A stretch of DNA of 64,000 nt. It comes from Escherichia phage SKA64. Below the pieces are notes generated by a model. The model made no database searches and was not told the origin of the DNA. It saw only the letters and a list, made by a program, of their open reading frames with translations. Below are positions 17,988 through 27,553 of this stretch, in pieces; the first letter of the stretch is position 1; every line of letters begins with the position of its first letter. A program made the translations under genes and the position numbers. The stretch lies in sequence record OM362897.1. The stretch is one strand, 5' to 3'.

Positions 17988-18932
17988 ATGGGACAAATAA
18001 TTCTTGACAATCGTAACGGAATCAATTATAGTGTCTGCGATTTCCATAGGGTAGTGCTGCCTTACTCAAGGCAGTTCTCTTCACAACCTAAACACAACGT
18101 TTTCGTTTTTAACGGAGTGCCAACAAAAGGTAAAGAGGGCTTTTTAGCCCTTAAAAACCTAGGCTTTAAAATGGTTATGGATTTGGATGACTCTTTAGTT
18201 ATTCCAAAAGGACACATGTTAGAAGGTATTTTTGAATCAGGTATTCGTGAACATTTAAAATGGTTTTTAGAGCACAGCGATCTTGTTACAACTACGACAC
18301 CTGCTTTGCAAGTTGAACTTTCACAATACAATGATAATGTGCACATAATCCCTAATGGTCTTCCTTACGATGAAGGTCAATTTGTGTTGACCCGTGATCG
18401 CTACTCCAAAACTCCATTAGTCTGGGCGGGAAGTGAAACACATAAACAAGATTTGGCTATCTTGCCCGATTTTGGTAAAGATCTTACGATATGTGGTTTT
18501 CGTAGGGATTCTGAAGTTTTAAGTAGTCGTGAATGGTCTGTGATCAGAGAAAATGTAGCACCAACTTGTGTTTATGAAGGTGTAAGACCATATGCCAACT
18601 ACATGGAATCTTACGATGGTCATCAAATCAGTCTTGCGCCATTGATTGATAACGTGTTTAATAATGCAAAAAGCAATCTTAAAATTCTTGAGGCAGGTGC
18701 TAAGGGTTTACCTTTGATCTGTTCTCCTCGTGAGAATTATCATACACAAGAGTTTAAAGATTTGTTATTCTTTGCTGAAACGCCTTCCGAGTGGAAAGAT
18801 ATTACGGAATACTTATTAAGTGCTCCCGATGTTTGCATGGAGAAAGGATTAGCATTAGCTAAGTATGTCAGGACTCATTATCACATTGATGTGTTGAATG
18901 AGCGTCGTAGACTTTTATTTGAGGAGCTATAA
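17988..18932 (+). CDS. glycosyltransferase-like protein, paralog 2 (GT-B-like)
   Basis: NAKSNLKILEAGAKGLPLICS; conserved N-terminus C-D-F/Y-H-R-V/I with paralog 1. Confidence 0.4.
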   Translation: MGQIILDNRNGINYSVCDFHRVVLPYSRQFSSQPKHNVFVFNGVPTKGKEGFLALKNLGFKMVMDLDDSLVIPKGHMLEGIFESGIREHLKWFLEHSDLVTTTTPALQVELSQYNDNVHIIPNGLPYDEGQFVLTRDRYSKTPLVWAGSETHKQDLAILPDFGKDLTICGFRRDSEVLSSREWSVIRENVAPTCVYEGVRPYANYMESYDGHQISLAPLIDNVFNNAKSNLKILEAGAKGLPLICSPRENYHTQEFKDLLFFAETPSEWKDITEYLLSAPDVCMEKGLALAKYVRTHYHIDVLNERRRLLFEEL

Positions 18933-19210
18933 TGATTAACACTTTTGATTTTGAATACACCACTCGTAACGGGAAAGCTTTAGTCGTGGAGGTGGATTAC
19001 TATTATGAAGAGCCTAACCCGCTTTCTCGTGAAAGTGATTGGGATTACCACGGAGGGCTTTTAATTGACGGTATTCGTTTTTATGAAGGCTCTACAGAAG
19101 TTTTTGAAAAAGATTTAAATGTGACTGTAGCAGAAATTGCTTTCCAATTTAGAAAGCATATGGAAGAACTAGAAGCAGAATATATGATGGAGACTAACGA
19201 ACCATTTTAA
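18932..19210 (+). CDS. hypothetical protein (92 aa)
   Basis: ATGA overlap. Confidence 0.5.
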   Translation: MINTFDFEYTTRNGKALVVEVDYYYEEPNPLSRESDWDYHGGLLIDGIRFYEGSTEVFEKDLNVTVAEIAFQFRKHMEELEAEYMMETNEPF

Positions 19211-19222
19211 CAGGAGAACAAA

Positions 19223-21001
19223 GTGTCGCACATTATAACTAAATATGGATTTGATGTTGATCTTAGCAAGGAAGGGCATACAGGTTGTCCGCGCTGCATG
19301 AAAAATGGCAAGGATCGCTCTCGTAATAACCTGATGGTTTATGGATTAGATTCTAATGGAGAGCATAAAGGTGCTAAGTGCTTTGCGTGTGAATACACTA
19401 TTCCTAGCGTAGAATGGTTACGAGAAAATGGTGAAGTTTTAGAAGAAGAGGAGGAGATTGTGGGTTCGGAATTTAATAAACAGATTCATCGTAAAATTGT
19501 TCAAGAAACATCAACCAACCCACGTGGTTATCGAGGCATTAAAGAAAAAGTTTCATCTTTCTATGGTGTTCGTTATGAATACCGTCAGGAAGGGGATCAG
19601 ATGGTAGTAGAAAGTTGTTTATATCCAACTACTATCGGTAAAGAGTTGGTTGGTTTTAAGCGTCGTATTCATCCTAAAGATTTCAGTAAACCTATTGGTC
19701 AAGTAGGTAAAGATGTAGATCTTTTTGGACAAATTCGTTTTGCAGACCGTTCTCATACTGTGGTAATTACAGGTGGTGAACACGATGCTCTGGCAGCTTA
19801 TCAAATGCTGTCTGAAAACTTGGACAACAAATATGAACTTCCAGCAGTAGTTAGTGGCACAACTGGTGAAACCAGTATGTATAAACAAGTTCAGGCACAA
19901 TATCCTTTCTTTGAAAAATTTAAGAAGATTATTGTTTGCATGGATAATGACAAAGCAGGTAATGAGGCATTTGAAAATATTGTTAAGGTGCTGCCTCGTA
20001 ACAAAGTCTACCGTATGCAGATGGATCTTAAGGATGCCAATCAGTATCTGGAAGAAGGTCGTGCAAAAGATTTCGTAAAAGCTTTTTGGAGTGCTCGTCT
20101 ATACACCCCAGCAGGTGTTTATGCTTCTAATGTCTTGTATGAAGCTGCATTAGAATGCTTGGAATCCAAGATGATTACCTTGCCTCCTTTTATGCGTGTT
20201 GCTGCAAATATGCTGGGTGGTGGTTTAGTAGAGGAAGAGATTACAGTCATCCTGGCAAAGACCAGTATCGGTAAAACTTTGATGGTGAATGAGATCACCA
20301 AACATATTATTGTTGCACACCCAGAACATACCCTAGGTATTCTGTCCTTGGAAGCAACTTATAAGAAATATTCTCGTAACCTGTTGTCCTCGTTCCTGCA
20401 TATTCCTCTACACAGGAAAACACCGGAAGAGAAATTTCAAATCTTGGAAGAGAATAAAGAAAAAATCTTAGATTTTTACGAAAGAGAAGATGGATCGCCA
20501 CGTTTTTATGTGTGTGATGATCGTGGAGCAGATGTGGAGTCTATCAAAGAAAAAGTTTTGGAGATGATCATCTATTTTGGAGTAACAATTCTTGTTATCG
20601 ACCCTTATTCTGATTTGCTTTCTGGTATGGATGTTCAAGCCCAGGAAGAGTTAGCAACATGGTTGAAGCGCATCATGAAAGAGTATGCTATAACTATTAT
20701 CGTCATCTCACACGTTAAGAAATCGGCTAATGGTGGCAATGAACACTTAACAGAGGACGATGCAATGGGTAGTAGTTTCTTGGCTAAAGGTGCTGGTATT
20801 ACCTTGGCTTTGGAACGAGATAAAGCCGCTGAAGATCCTGTAGAACGTAATACGACTCATTGCTTTATCCTAAAAAACCGTGAGTTCTCGGAAACTGGTC
20901 CGGCAGGGCAGTTTTACTATGACATTAGAACTGCAACTCTGCATGACAAAGAGCAGTATTTCAACAATCCTGCTAATTTGCCTACGGATAGCAACTATTA
21001 A
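19223..21001 (+). CDS. bifunctional DNA primase/helicase (T7 gp4-like)
   Basis: GTG start with AGGAG RBS; N-terminal zinc finger CPRC...CFAC, TOPRIM-like VVITGGEHD...CMDNDKAG, helicase Walker A KTSIGKT and ILVIDPYSD. Confidence 0.75.
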   Translation: MSHIITKYGFDVDLSKEGHTGCPRCMKNGKDRSRNNLMVYGLDSNGEHKGAKCFACEYTIPSVEWLRENGEVLEEEEEIVGSEFNKQIHRKIVQETSTNPRGYRGIKEKVSSFYGVRYEYRQEGDQMVVESCLYPTTIGKELVGFKRRIHPKDFSKPIGQVGKDVDLFGQIRFADRSHTVVITGGEHDALAAYQMLSENLDNKYELPAVVSGTTGETSMYKQVQAQYPFFEKFKKIIVCMDNDKAGNEAFENIVKVLPRNKVYRMQMDLKDANQYLEEGRAKDFVKAFWSARLYTPAGVYASNVLYEAALECLESKMITLPPFMRVAANMLGGGLVEEEITVILAKTSIGKTLMVNEITKHIIVAHPEHTLGILSLEATYKKYSRNLLSSFLHIPLHRKTPEEKFQILEENKEKILDFYEREDGSPRFYVCDDRGADVESIKEKVLEMIIYFGVTILVIDPYSDLLSGMDVQAQEELATWLKRIMKEYAITIIVISHVKKSANGGNEHLTEDDAMGSSFLAKGAGITLALERDKAAEDPVERNTTHCFILKNREFSETGPAGQFYYDIRTATLHDKEQYFNNPANLPTDSNY

Positions 21002-21020
21002 GGGCTTCGGCCCTTTTATT
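21001..21020 (+). terminator. rho-independent terminator
   Basis: AGGGC-TTCG-GCCCT hairpin followed by TTTTATT. Confidence 0.55.
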
Positions 21021-21031
21021 AAAAATACCTG

Positions 21032-21060
21032 TTGACAACTTTACGGAAGGGACTTATACT
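21032..21060 (+). promoter_or_regulatory. sigma70-like promoter (TTGACA-17-TATACT)
   Basis: Consensus hexamers in intergenic gap just after terminator. Confidence 0.55.
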
Positions 21061-21093
21061 TGTCTCATCAACCAAACAAGAGGAGAAGTAAAA

Positions 21094-21525
21094 ATGCGTA
21101 TGACAATCGATCTGAATGCAAAAGTTAAAGCTGCTGGTGCTCTGGGTGCTGGTGTTATTAAACACAAACAAGCGTTGGCATTTGCCATCCCACATATGAT
21201 TGTTGAGGATCATCCTGAAGAGTTTGCTGTAAAAGTTGTTGAGAACAATGTCTCTGTTATTGAACATCTTCCAACTGGACGTTCTTACCGTGTTGTTTCT
21301 TCTAAAGGTTTCCGTTTCGATGTAAGCCCTTCTTTCACAAAAGGTGCTGGTCGTAGTAAAGTGGGTATTCTTTCTTACAAATATTATATCGATAAAGTTG
21401 CAGATGGTGTCGCATTCTGTCGTGTAAGTGAAGGTAAAGTAGATATCATCTTTAAAAATACCAAAAACATGGTTATTTCTGACGATGGTAAAGTTGACCT
21501 CACTATTGAGTTCGCTAACAACTAA
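21094..21525 (+). CDS. hypothetical protein (143 aa), probably highly expressed
   Basis: Strong promoter and AGAGGAG RBS; codon usage biased to CTG/CGT/GGT. Confidence 0.6.
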   Translation: MRMTIDLNAKVKAAGALGAGVIKHKQALAFAIPHMIVEDHPEEFAVKVVENNVSVIEHLPTGRSYRVVSSKGFRFDVSPSFTKGAGRSKVGILSYKYYIDKVADGVAFCRVSEGKVDIIFKNTKNMVISDDGKVDLTIEFANN

Positions 21526-21534
21526 GGAGGACTA

Positions 21535-22329
21535 TTGAGCAAGTTGAATACACTTGATCAATATTACACTAACCCCGCTTATGCGGGGTTCTTATGTGAT
21601 AAGATCAAAGAAATTTTTGGAGAGGAAGCTAACTACGTAGAACCATCTGCGGGAGAAGGAGCTTTCTCTTCTTGTTTTAAAAACATAACTTCTTTTGATA
21701 TTGACCCTAAGTTTGAAGATTGTATTGAGGCAGATTTTTTAGCTCAATCTGTTGAGTCTGTTGGCAGTGTAACTGCTTTTGTCGGTAATCCTCCGTTTGG
21801 AAAAAATGCCAGTCTTGCCATTAAGTTCTTTAACCATTGTGCTGAAATGTTGGATAACGAAGGTGGTATTTGTTTTATCTTGCCTCGCACATTTCAAAAA
21901 ATCTTTTTTGCACACAAACTAAATCCCCACATGCATCTTCTTTACGAAGAAGAATGTCCAAAAGGATCTTTTATTCTTCATGGAGAACCTTGGGATGTTC
22001 CTTGTGTATTCCAGATATGGATTAAACGCAACGAGAAGCGTTCTCCCGTTGTTTTAGGAGAGAATCGACTGTTCGTATTAGGTAACAGTAAAGACTACGA
22101 TATAGCCGTTAGGAGAGCGGGAGCAAGTGCAGGTAAAGTGTTATCAGAAGAGGATTCTTTATCTGAAGCATCTACCTATTTTTTAAAAACCTTGACTTCT
22201 GATCTTAAAACGCGTATCATTGAGGCTTACCCGTTACTTAAAGCTGAAGCTAGTAAAACTGCGGGAGTAAGAAGTTTAAGTTTAAAAGAACTTCAGTGGG
22301 TTCTGGAGAACATTAGAAAGGAGGAATAG
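21535..22329 (+). CDS. orphan DNA N6-adenine methyltransferase
   Basis: TTG start with AAGGAGG RBS; motif order DQYYTNP, VEPSAGEGAF (SAM binding), GNPPFG (catalytic NPPF); no adjacent restriction enzyme. Confidence 0.7.
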   Translation: MSKLNTLDQYYTNPAYAGFLCDKIKEIFGEEANYVEPSAGEGAFSSCFKNITSFDIDPKFEDCIEADFLAQSVESVGSVTAFVGNPPFGKNASLAIKFFNHCAEMLDNEGGICFILPRTFQKIFFAHKLNPHMHLLYEEECPKGSFILHGEPWDVPCVFQIWIKRNEKRSPVVLGENRLFVLGNSKDYDIAVRRAGASAGKVLSEEDSLSEASTYFLKTLTSDLKTRIIEAYPLLKAEASKTAGVRSLSLKELQWVLENIRKEE

Positions 22330-24926
22330 TGAGTAAGTTTACATGGGATATTGAAGCAAACGGATTGTTGAATAATGACACTATTGATTATTTAGCTAGT
22401 CCTTATCGTCTCAAAGACACATTTCAAATGCACTGTATTGTCTTAGAGAACCATGAAACAGGAGAAATAGTAGCTTTCCACGATGGCCCTAAATACATCT
22501 TTGATGGGCGTCCTTATGAAGAGTCAGATGGTAAATACACATATGTTCTTAAAGAGTATGTGGCGCAAGATTACACACATTTTCAACTAAAAGATTTCCC
22601 AGATTTTATTAATCATGAAGGTTATTTTAAAGACAAGCCTGAATATCTGGTTGAAATGGCTGTGGCTCACAACGGTATCAACTACGACTGGTTGGCTACA
22701 AAACTGTTTTATGGATTAGATTACAGTGTTAAATATAATACGTGGGGCAAAAATAAGGTAAAACTTATTGACTCCTTGATTTTGAGTAAAGTGTTAAACC
22801 CAGATCGAAAGATTGAGGGCAAATCAGGACATAGCTTGGCAGCACTTTCTCGAAAAGCAGGTGGTGATGTAAAAATAGATTTCCGTAAAGAGATCCCAGA
22901 AGAAGATCGATTTAAGACTTTTGCTGCGGATATGCTTTATTACTGTATCTATGACAACAAAGCCAATACGAGCGTATATAATTACCTTATGGAAGAATGG
23001 GGTGATTATGATAAATGGGAAGGTCCATTTGAACTTGAACAACGGGTAGCAGACATTATTACACGCCAGGAACACCGTGGGTTTGCTTTTAACATGAAAC
23101 AAGCAGAAGAGAACCTTGCTTTTTTGGATGCAGAAATGGAGCGTCTTCGTTTACTCGTTGAGCCTATTTTGCCACCTAAACCAGCAACAAAAGGTTATCT
23201 TAAGGCTTTTATTCCACCTAAGTTGCAAATTAAAAAGAACTTAGAGCCAACTAACCATATGATCAATTTTGCTAAGAAACATGATGGTCATTTGGAAGAG
23301 AGGGATGGCGATTGGTGGTTAGTTATGTTGGGGAAAGAGTGGAAACTGCCAGTTGCAGCAGATGAGCCTCTATGTGATCCTAACATTCCTGCAACATTGA
23401 ACGATACAACCCATATTAAAAACTGGCTTGTAGGATTAGGTTGGGTACCGTCTGAATATAAAGATAAAGACTTGACTCTTAAATCTGGCACCAAGATTAA
23501 AAAGAGCGAGGAAGAACTTCAGAAAGGTATTCGAGCTTACGTTGAGCAAACTCTATCTTCTAATTTTTGTCAGGATCGTTGTGATCATCTGGAGTGCACA
23601 CCGGAAACCCTGGAAAGGAAGATTCAAGAGCGTATAGCAAAAGGTAAAGGTCGCGGTCTTAAAGTATTGACTAACCCATGTTTTACCAAAGGTCAGGAAA
23701 AAGAAATTTGTCCTAACCTGCAAGCTTTGGGTGAGAAGTTTCCTTATGCTACACAGATTGTAGAATACTTAACGTATAAACATCGTAGGAACTCTATTTT
23801 AGGTGGCGGTGCTGATTGGGAAGAAGATGAAGAAGATCAAGAATACGATAAAGGTTTCTTAGCCGCAGTAAGGGCGGATGGGCGTATTCCTACCCCAGCC
23901 GCTACATGTGATGCTGCAACCTCTCGTATGAAGCATAGATCTGTAGCTAATATTCCTCGTGTCACATCTTTGTTTGGATGGGAGATGCGTAACTTGTTTG
24001 GTGTAGAGGTTCCTAAATACTTCCAGATCGGCTACGACTTCGACTCTTTGGAAGCAAAAATTGAATCACACTACTGTTGGCGGTACGAGCCGGAGCCACA
24101 CGAATATTGTAACGCTCTGTTGTTAGAGAAACCTAACGATGTTCACACAATGATGGCAAAACGTATCACTGAAACTATTGGACGTAAATTTGAACGTAGT
24201 CCTGCTAAATCTGTTAAGTATGGTATTACCTATGGTGCACAAGCCGACAAGGTTGCTAAAACAATTGGTAGCGATAAGTTTACAGGTCAATTAGTGTTTG
24301 ATGCTTTCTGGGAAGCTGCATTCCCATTGGCGCGTCTTAAAGAACGTTTAAACGATTTCTGGGTTAAGACTGGTAAACAATATGTTTTGGGTATTGACGG
24401 TCGTAAGGTTCCTACTCGTTCTGCTCACGCGATTCTTAACTCTCTGTTCCAAAGTGGTGGGGTTATCTGTGCTAAACGTGCAATGGTTATTTATGACGAC
24501 ATGATCGAAGAAGAAGGACTAAGTGTTGACTTCTTTAAAGATGACTGGAAGAATAAAGACTTCGTGCAACAAATGATTGCATATCACGATGAAGCCCAGC
24601 TTGAAGTTTCTCGTAACCTCGTAGAATTTAAATGGTTTTCACCTGAATCATTAGGTTGGAAGAAAGTAGACGATCCTGAAGAACAAAAGAAAATTGATAA
24701 AGAATGCCTTGCTAAAGTTGAAGAATGGAAGCATAATAAGGAAAAAGAGACGGGACAAATTTGGGCTAACATTCATGAATCTCCCAAAGGTGGATGGTTT
24801 ACAGCCTATAGTCGGGCAGGTGAACTTGCTGCCTTAGCTGTTACTAAGGCTGGAGAATTTTACAATCTTAATGTTCAGCTTACTGCCGGATATGATGTGG
24901 GTAATTCCTGGGCATCCTGTCATTGA
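22329..24926 (+). CDS. DNA polymerase, family A, with 3-prime-5-prime exonuclease domain
   Basis: GTG start; exo motif WDIEANGL; pol motifs GYDFDSLEAKI (A), KSVKYGITYG (B), YHDEAQLE (C). Confidence 0.85.
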   Translation: MSKFTWDIEANGLLNNDTIDYLASPYRLKDTFQMHCIVLENHETGEIVAFHDGPKYIFDGRPYEESDGKYTYVLKEYVAQDYTHFQLKDFPDFINHEGYFKDKPEYLVEMAVAHNGINYDWLATKLFYGLDYSVKYNTWGKNKVKLIDSLILSKVLNPDRKIEGKSGHSLAALSRKAGGDVKIDFRKEIPEEDRFKTFAADMLYYCIYDNKANTSVYNYLMEEWGDYDKWEGPFELEQRVADIITRQEHRGFAFNMKQAEENLAFLDAEMERLRLLVEPILPPKPATKGYLKAFIPPKLQIKKNLEPTNHMINFAKKHDGHLEERDGDWWLVMLGKEWKLPVAADEPLCDPNIPATLNDTTHIKNWLVGLGWVPSEYKDKDLTLKSGTKIKKSEEELQKGIRAYVEQTLSSNFCQDRCDHLECTPETLERKIQERIAKGKGRGLKVLTNPCFTKGQEKEICPNLQALGEKFPYATQIVEYLTYKHRRNSILGGGADWEEDEEDQEYDKGFLAAVRADGRIPTPAATCDAATSRMKHRSVANIPRVTSLFGWEMRNLFGVEVPKYFQIGYDFDSLEAKIESHYCWRYEPEPHEYCNALLLEKPNDVHTMMAKRITETIGRKFERSPAKSVKYGITYGAQADKVAKTIGSDKFTGQLVFDAFWEAAFPLARLKERLNDFWVKTGKQYVLGIDGRKVPTRSAHAILNSLFQSGGVICAKRAMVIYDDMIEEEGLSVDFFKDDWKNKDFVQQMIAYHDEAQLEVSRNLVEFKWFSPESLGWKKVDDPEEQKKIDKECLAKVEEWKHNKEKETGQIWANIHESPKGGWFTAYSRAGELAALAVTKAGEFYNLNVQLTAGYDVGNSWASCH

Positions 24927-24944
24927 TCTAACGTATTGTTTTAT

Positions 24945-24965
24945 AAGGGGCTTCTGCCCCTTTAT
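24945..24965 (+). terminator. stem-loop / probable terminator after DNA polymerase
   Basis: 7-bp stem AAGGGGC/GCCCCTT with TTCT loop and short T-run. Confidence 0.45.
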
Positions 24966-24975
24966 AGGAGAAGAT

Positions 24976-25167
24976 ATGAGTTACGATTTAGATTATTTTG
25001 GTATGCCTTACCTACCAGATGAATTTGAAGGTGAAGAAGAACGTGAATGGGACGATGGGGATATCCGTTGTTGGTCTTGTGGTAAAGATATGTCTTATGA
25101 ACAACATATGCACAATGATGGTTTCTGTATACATTGTTATAATGAAATTGATCTGGAGGAAGATTAA
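24976..25167 (+). CDS. small Cys-rich protein (possible zinc ribbon)
   Basis: AGGAG RBS; CWSCGKD...CIHCYNE; internal start chosen over track start 24871. Confidence 0.45.
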   Translation: MSYDLDYFGMPYLPDEFEGEEEREWDDGDIRCWSCGKDMSYEQHMHNDGFCIHCYNEIDLEED

Positions 25168-25325
25168 TGGGAAATGGTATCATGATTTGCTATAAAATTG
25201 TGCGTATTGTCGGAGACGAAGTTACCACTCGGTATTTTATGATAGAGTCTCAAGCCGATGAGGTTTACAATGACTGGCTTGAAAAGGTGGATACGATTTT
25301 GTATCTAAAGAAACTTTCCGTTTAG
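25167..25325 (+). CDS. hypothetical small protein (52 aa, below track cutoff)
   Basis: ATG overlapping upstream TAA, GGAGG RBS; manual translation. Confidence 0.3.
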   Translation: MGNGIMICYKIVRIVGDEVTTRYFMIESQADEVYNDWLEKVDTILYLKKLSV

Positions 25326-25343
25326 AAGTATAAGGAGAAAACA

Positions 25344-25562
25344 ATGCGTAAATTAGTGAGCTTTAATGTTTCAATTCTTGTTGATGAACAAAATGAAGAT
25401 GTTATTAAAGGTCTTGCAAATAAGATTGCAGGTGGAATGACGGAAGCTGAAGTGTGGGAAGAATGCGCTCGACTTTATGAGGAAGGTGTTATTGAGGTCT
25501 TGGGGGATGAGATTAATATGGACGATGTTGTAAAAGTAACTGTGGAGCGTATCAATGACTAA
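25344..25562 (+). CDS. hypothetical protein (72 aa)
   Basis: AAGGAGAAAA RBS. Confidence 0.5.
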   Translation: MRKLVSFNVSILVDEQNEDVIKGLANKIAGGMTEAEVWEECARLYEEGVIEVLGDEINMDDVVKVTVERIND

Positions 25563-26148
25563 ATCAAAACAAATCAATATTGCCAAAGAAATTCTTACCA
25601 TACTAAAGATCGCTGATCCTAATTCTGTCTTGGCTGGCGGTGCTGTTCGTGATTGGCGTATTCTTGATATTGCTGGACGTGATCTGGATTTCTATACATC
25701 CCTTCCTGCACATCGGACTGAAGAACAAATACAAGGATTAATTGCATCTGCTTTAATGGGAACCAATATTCGTAAACTAGGAAACAAAGAGGCTTCTGAC
25801 AATTATGAAGGTGTTACTGGTCTTAAACACGTTTTTGAGTTTGAACGTGATGGTCAGCTTTGCAACCTTATGATTATGGAACCAAGCGTAATGACAACCT
25901 TTCTAAATGAGTTCGATCTGTCCATCTGCCAGGCTGCATTTGATGGGAAGGACTGTTATTATTCTAAAGATTTTGAAACAACCTTGGAAACAGGGATCTG
26001 CTTCTTGCACAAAGATGTTAGAGAAGATGCCAAACATGTTATTAAAATTGCTACACGTTTCCCATATCTTCGTTTTGTGAAAGAGGTTAAGGTTCCACGT
26101 CCACCTCAAGTAGATACCAGATTGGAAGAAGATGATATTCCTTGGTAA
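25555..26148 (+). CDS. hypothetical protein (197 aa)
   Basis: ATGA-type overlap; no motif recognised. Confidence 0.55.
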   Translation: MTKSKQINIAKEILTILKIADPNSVLAGGAVRDWRILDIAGRDLDFYTSLPAHRTEEQIQGLIASALMGTNIRKLGNKEASDNYEGVTGLKHVFEFERDGQLCNLMIMEPSVMTTFLNEFDLSICQAAFDGKDCYYSKDFETTLETGICFLHKDVREDAKHVIKIATRFPYLRFVKEVKVPRPPQVDTRLEEDDIPW

Positions 26149-26155
26149 TTAAAGC

Positions 26156-26185
26156 TTGACAATATTAAACATTTTATGATAGGAT
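26156..26185 (+). promoter_or_regulatory. sigma70-like promoter (TTGACA-18-TAGGAT with upstream TG)
   Basis: Intergenic; -10 lies only about 8 nt before the ATG at 26194, implying a leaderless or near-leaderless transcript. Confidence 0.4.
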
Positions 26186-26193
26186 AGCATTCA

Positions 26194-26586
26194 ATGACTG
26201 AACGTTCTAAGATAGCTGTTGAAACTGTTTATGGAAACTATACCAGTTTGACACTAGTTGAGAAAAATGTTGTAGGTCTTGACAACTCTTTTTATTTTCA
26301 AATTTTGGTTATTCAAGGTGGAAACAAGAAGCTAACTGCTCGTGTCGAAACATCTGAAATAATTGAAACCACTGTTACAAACAAAGAATTCATTTCACTG
26401 CAAGATACAATCCGAAACGTTATAGACGAAGAAGGCAAAGCTGCCACAATTAAACTCGGAGGTTTCCCAGTGCAAATAGTTCATTTTCCTAATGGTGAAA
26501 TTGGAGTTGGAATAGGTAAAGGTAAATACCTGTTAGAGCAAGATGATATGGAAAGACTCCGCTCTTTCTGTGCAAAATTAATGTAA
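26194..26586 (+). CDS. hypothetical protein (130 aa)
   Basis: ORF after promoter; no obvious SD. Confidence 0.5.
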   Translation: MTERSKIAVETVYGNYTSLTLVEKNVVGLDNSFYFQILVIQGGNKKLTARVETSEIIETTVTNKEFISLQDTIRNVIDEEGKAATIKLGGFPVQIVHFPNGEIGVGIGKGKYLLEQDDMERLRSFCAKLM

Positions 26587-26602
26587 TGTAGAGGAGATAA
26601 TA

Positions 26603-27490
26603 ATGTCCGTAATTAATACTGAAACTGATCGTAAAGGCAAAACCGTAACTTATGCAACTGGTATCGTAGACTACGTTAAACTGGATAAATTCGCTGAACC
26701 TAAAACCTTCCATTGGGAAGGAAAAACGATTGTTTCAACTCACCGAGCTTCTCTTGTTCTGAAAGAGAAAGGTGCTAAACCAGATGAGAAAGGTGTTTGG
26801 ATTTCTCTTGGTGACATTGAACTGAAAGAAGGTTATGAAAACCTGCAAGTCAAAGAAGGTGATAATTGGATCACTATTGAAAAAGGTGTAGAAGTAAGTA
26901 TTGATATTGATCGCGTTGATAATAAAGGCGGTAAAACTTACTACAATACTAAAAAATCTCGTATTACAGTATTGTCTACCGATGGTGTTCAGAAGTCTAA
27001 CAAATCTTCTGGCAATAAAGGTTCCAACGATGCTGCTCCTAAGCAGTCCTATAAAAAACGTGATACCGTAGGTCTGGAAACTGGTCACGCAGTAAATGGT
27101 GCACTGGAACTGATTCGTAATGGTGTTAAAGGCGATGCTTTCGATATCGCTGGGGTTGTTCAATCTGCAACTGTCACGCTGAAATCTGAAATTGCTGAAT
27201 CTCGTGGCGTTGATATTAATGATTATGATCTTGGGGCATCTGTTGGTCACGCTATTCTCAATGCTTGTAAAGACCATACCATTAAGACTGTCTCTGTAGA
27301 AGATCTGATTGATTCTGCTCGTAAAGTTCTGGCTCTGTCTGATAAAGTTGCTGCTGCCATTCGTGGTTCCGCAGAACAACCTAAGAAAGAAGAGAAGAAA
27401 GAAGTTAAGAAACCTGAACCACAACCAGAACCAACTCCAAGCAATCAAGAAGAACCTCCAATGGACTTCGACGATGATATTCCGTTCTGA
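26603..27490 (+). CDS. single-stranded DNA-binding protein-like, with E. coli SSB-type C-terminal tip
   Basis: C-terminus ...EEPPMDFDDDIPF equals the host SSB interaction tail; GAGGAG RBS; highly biased codon usage; N-terminal body not E. coli SSB-like. Confidence 0.55.
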   Translation: MSVINTETDRKGKTVTYATGIVDYVKLDKFAEPKTFHWEGKTIVSTHRASLVLKEKGAKPDEKGVWISLGDIELKEGYENLQVKEGDNWITIEKGVEVSIDIDRVDNKGGKTYYNTKKSRITVLSTDGVQKSNKSSGNKGSNDAAPKQSYKKRDTVGLETGHAVNGALELIRNGVKGDAFDIAGVVQSATVTLKSEIAESRGVDINDYDLGASVGHAILNACKDHTIKTVSVEDLIDSARKVLALSDKVAAAIRGSAEQPKKEEKKEVKKPEPQPEPTPSNQEEPPMDFDDDIPF

Positions 27491-27520
27491 TCTTATTGAT
27501 TTATAAAGAGTTTTTATAAA

Positions 27521-27553
27521 AGAAAAGGGAACCTTTGCTGGTTCCCTTTTTTA
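27521..27553. terminator. bidirectional rho-independent terminator between convergent gene blocks
   Basis: Stem GGGAACC/GGTTCCC with 6-nt loop, flanked by A-run upstream and T-run downstream; functional in both orientations. Confidence 0.65.

Noticed and set aside
18004-18032. TTGACA-17-TATAGT promoter-like sequence just inside the start of glycosyltransferase paralog 2
   Set aside because: It lies within a CDS whose N-terminus is conserved with its paralog; about 15 chance TTGACA hexamers per strand are expected in 64 kb, so intragenic matches are weak evidence.
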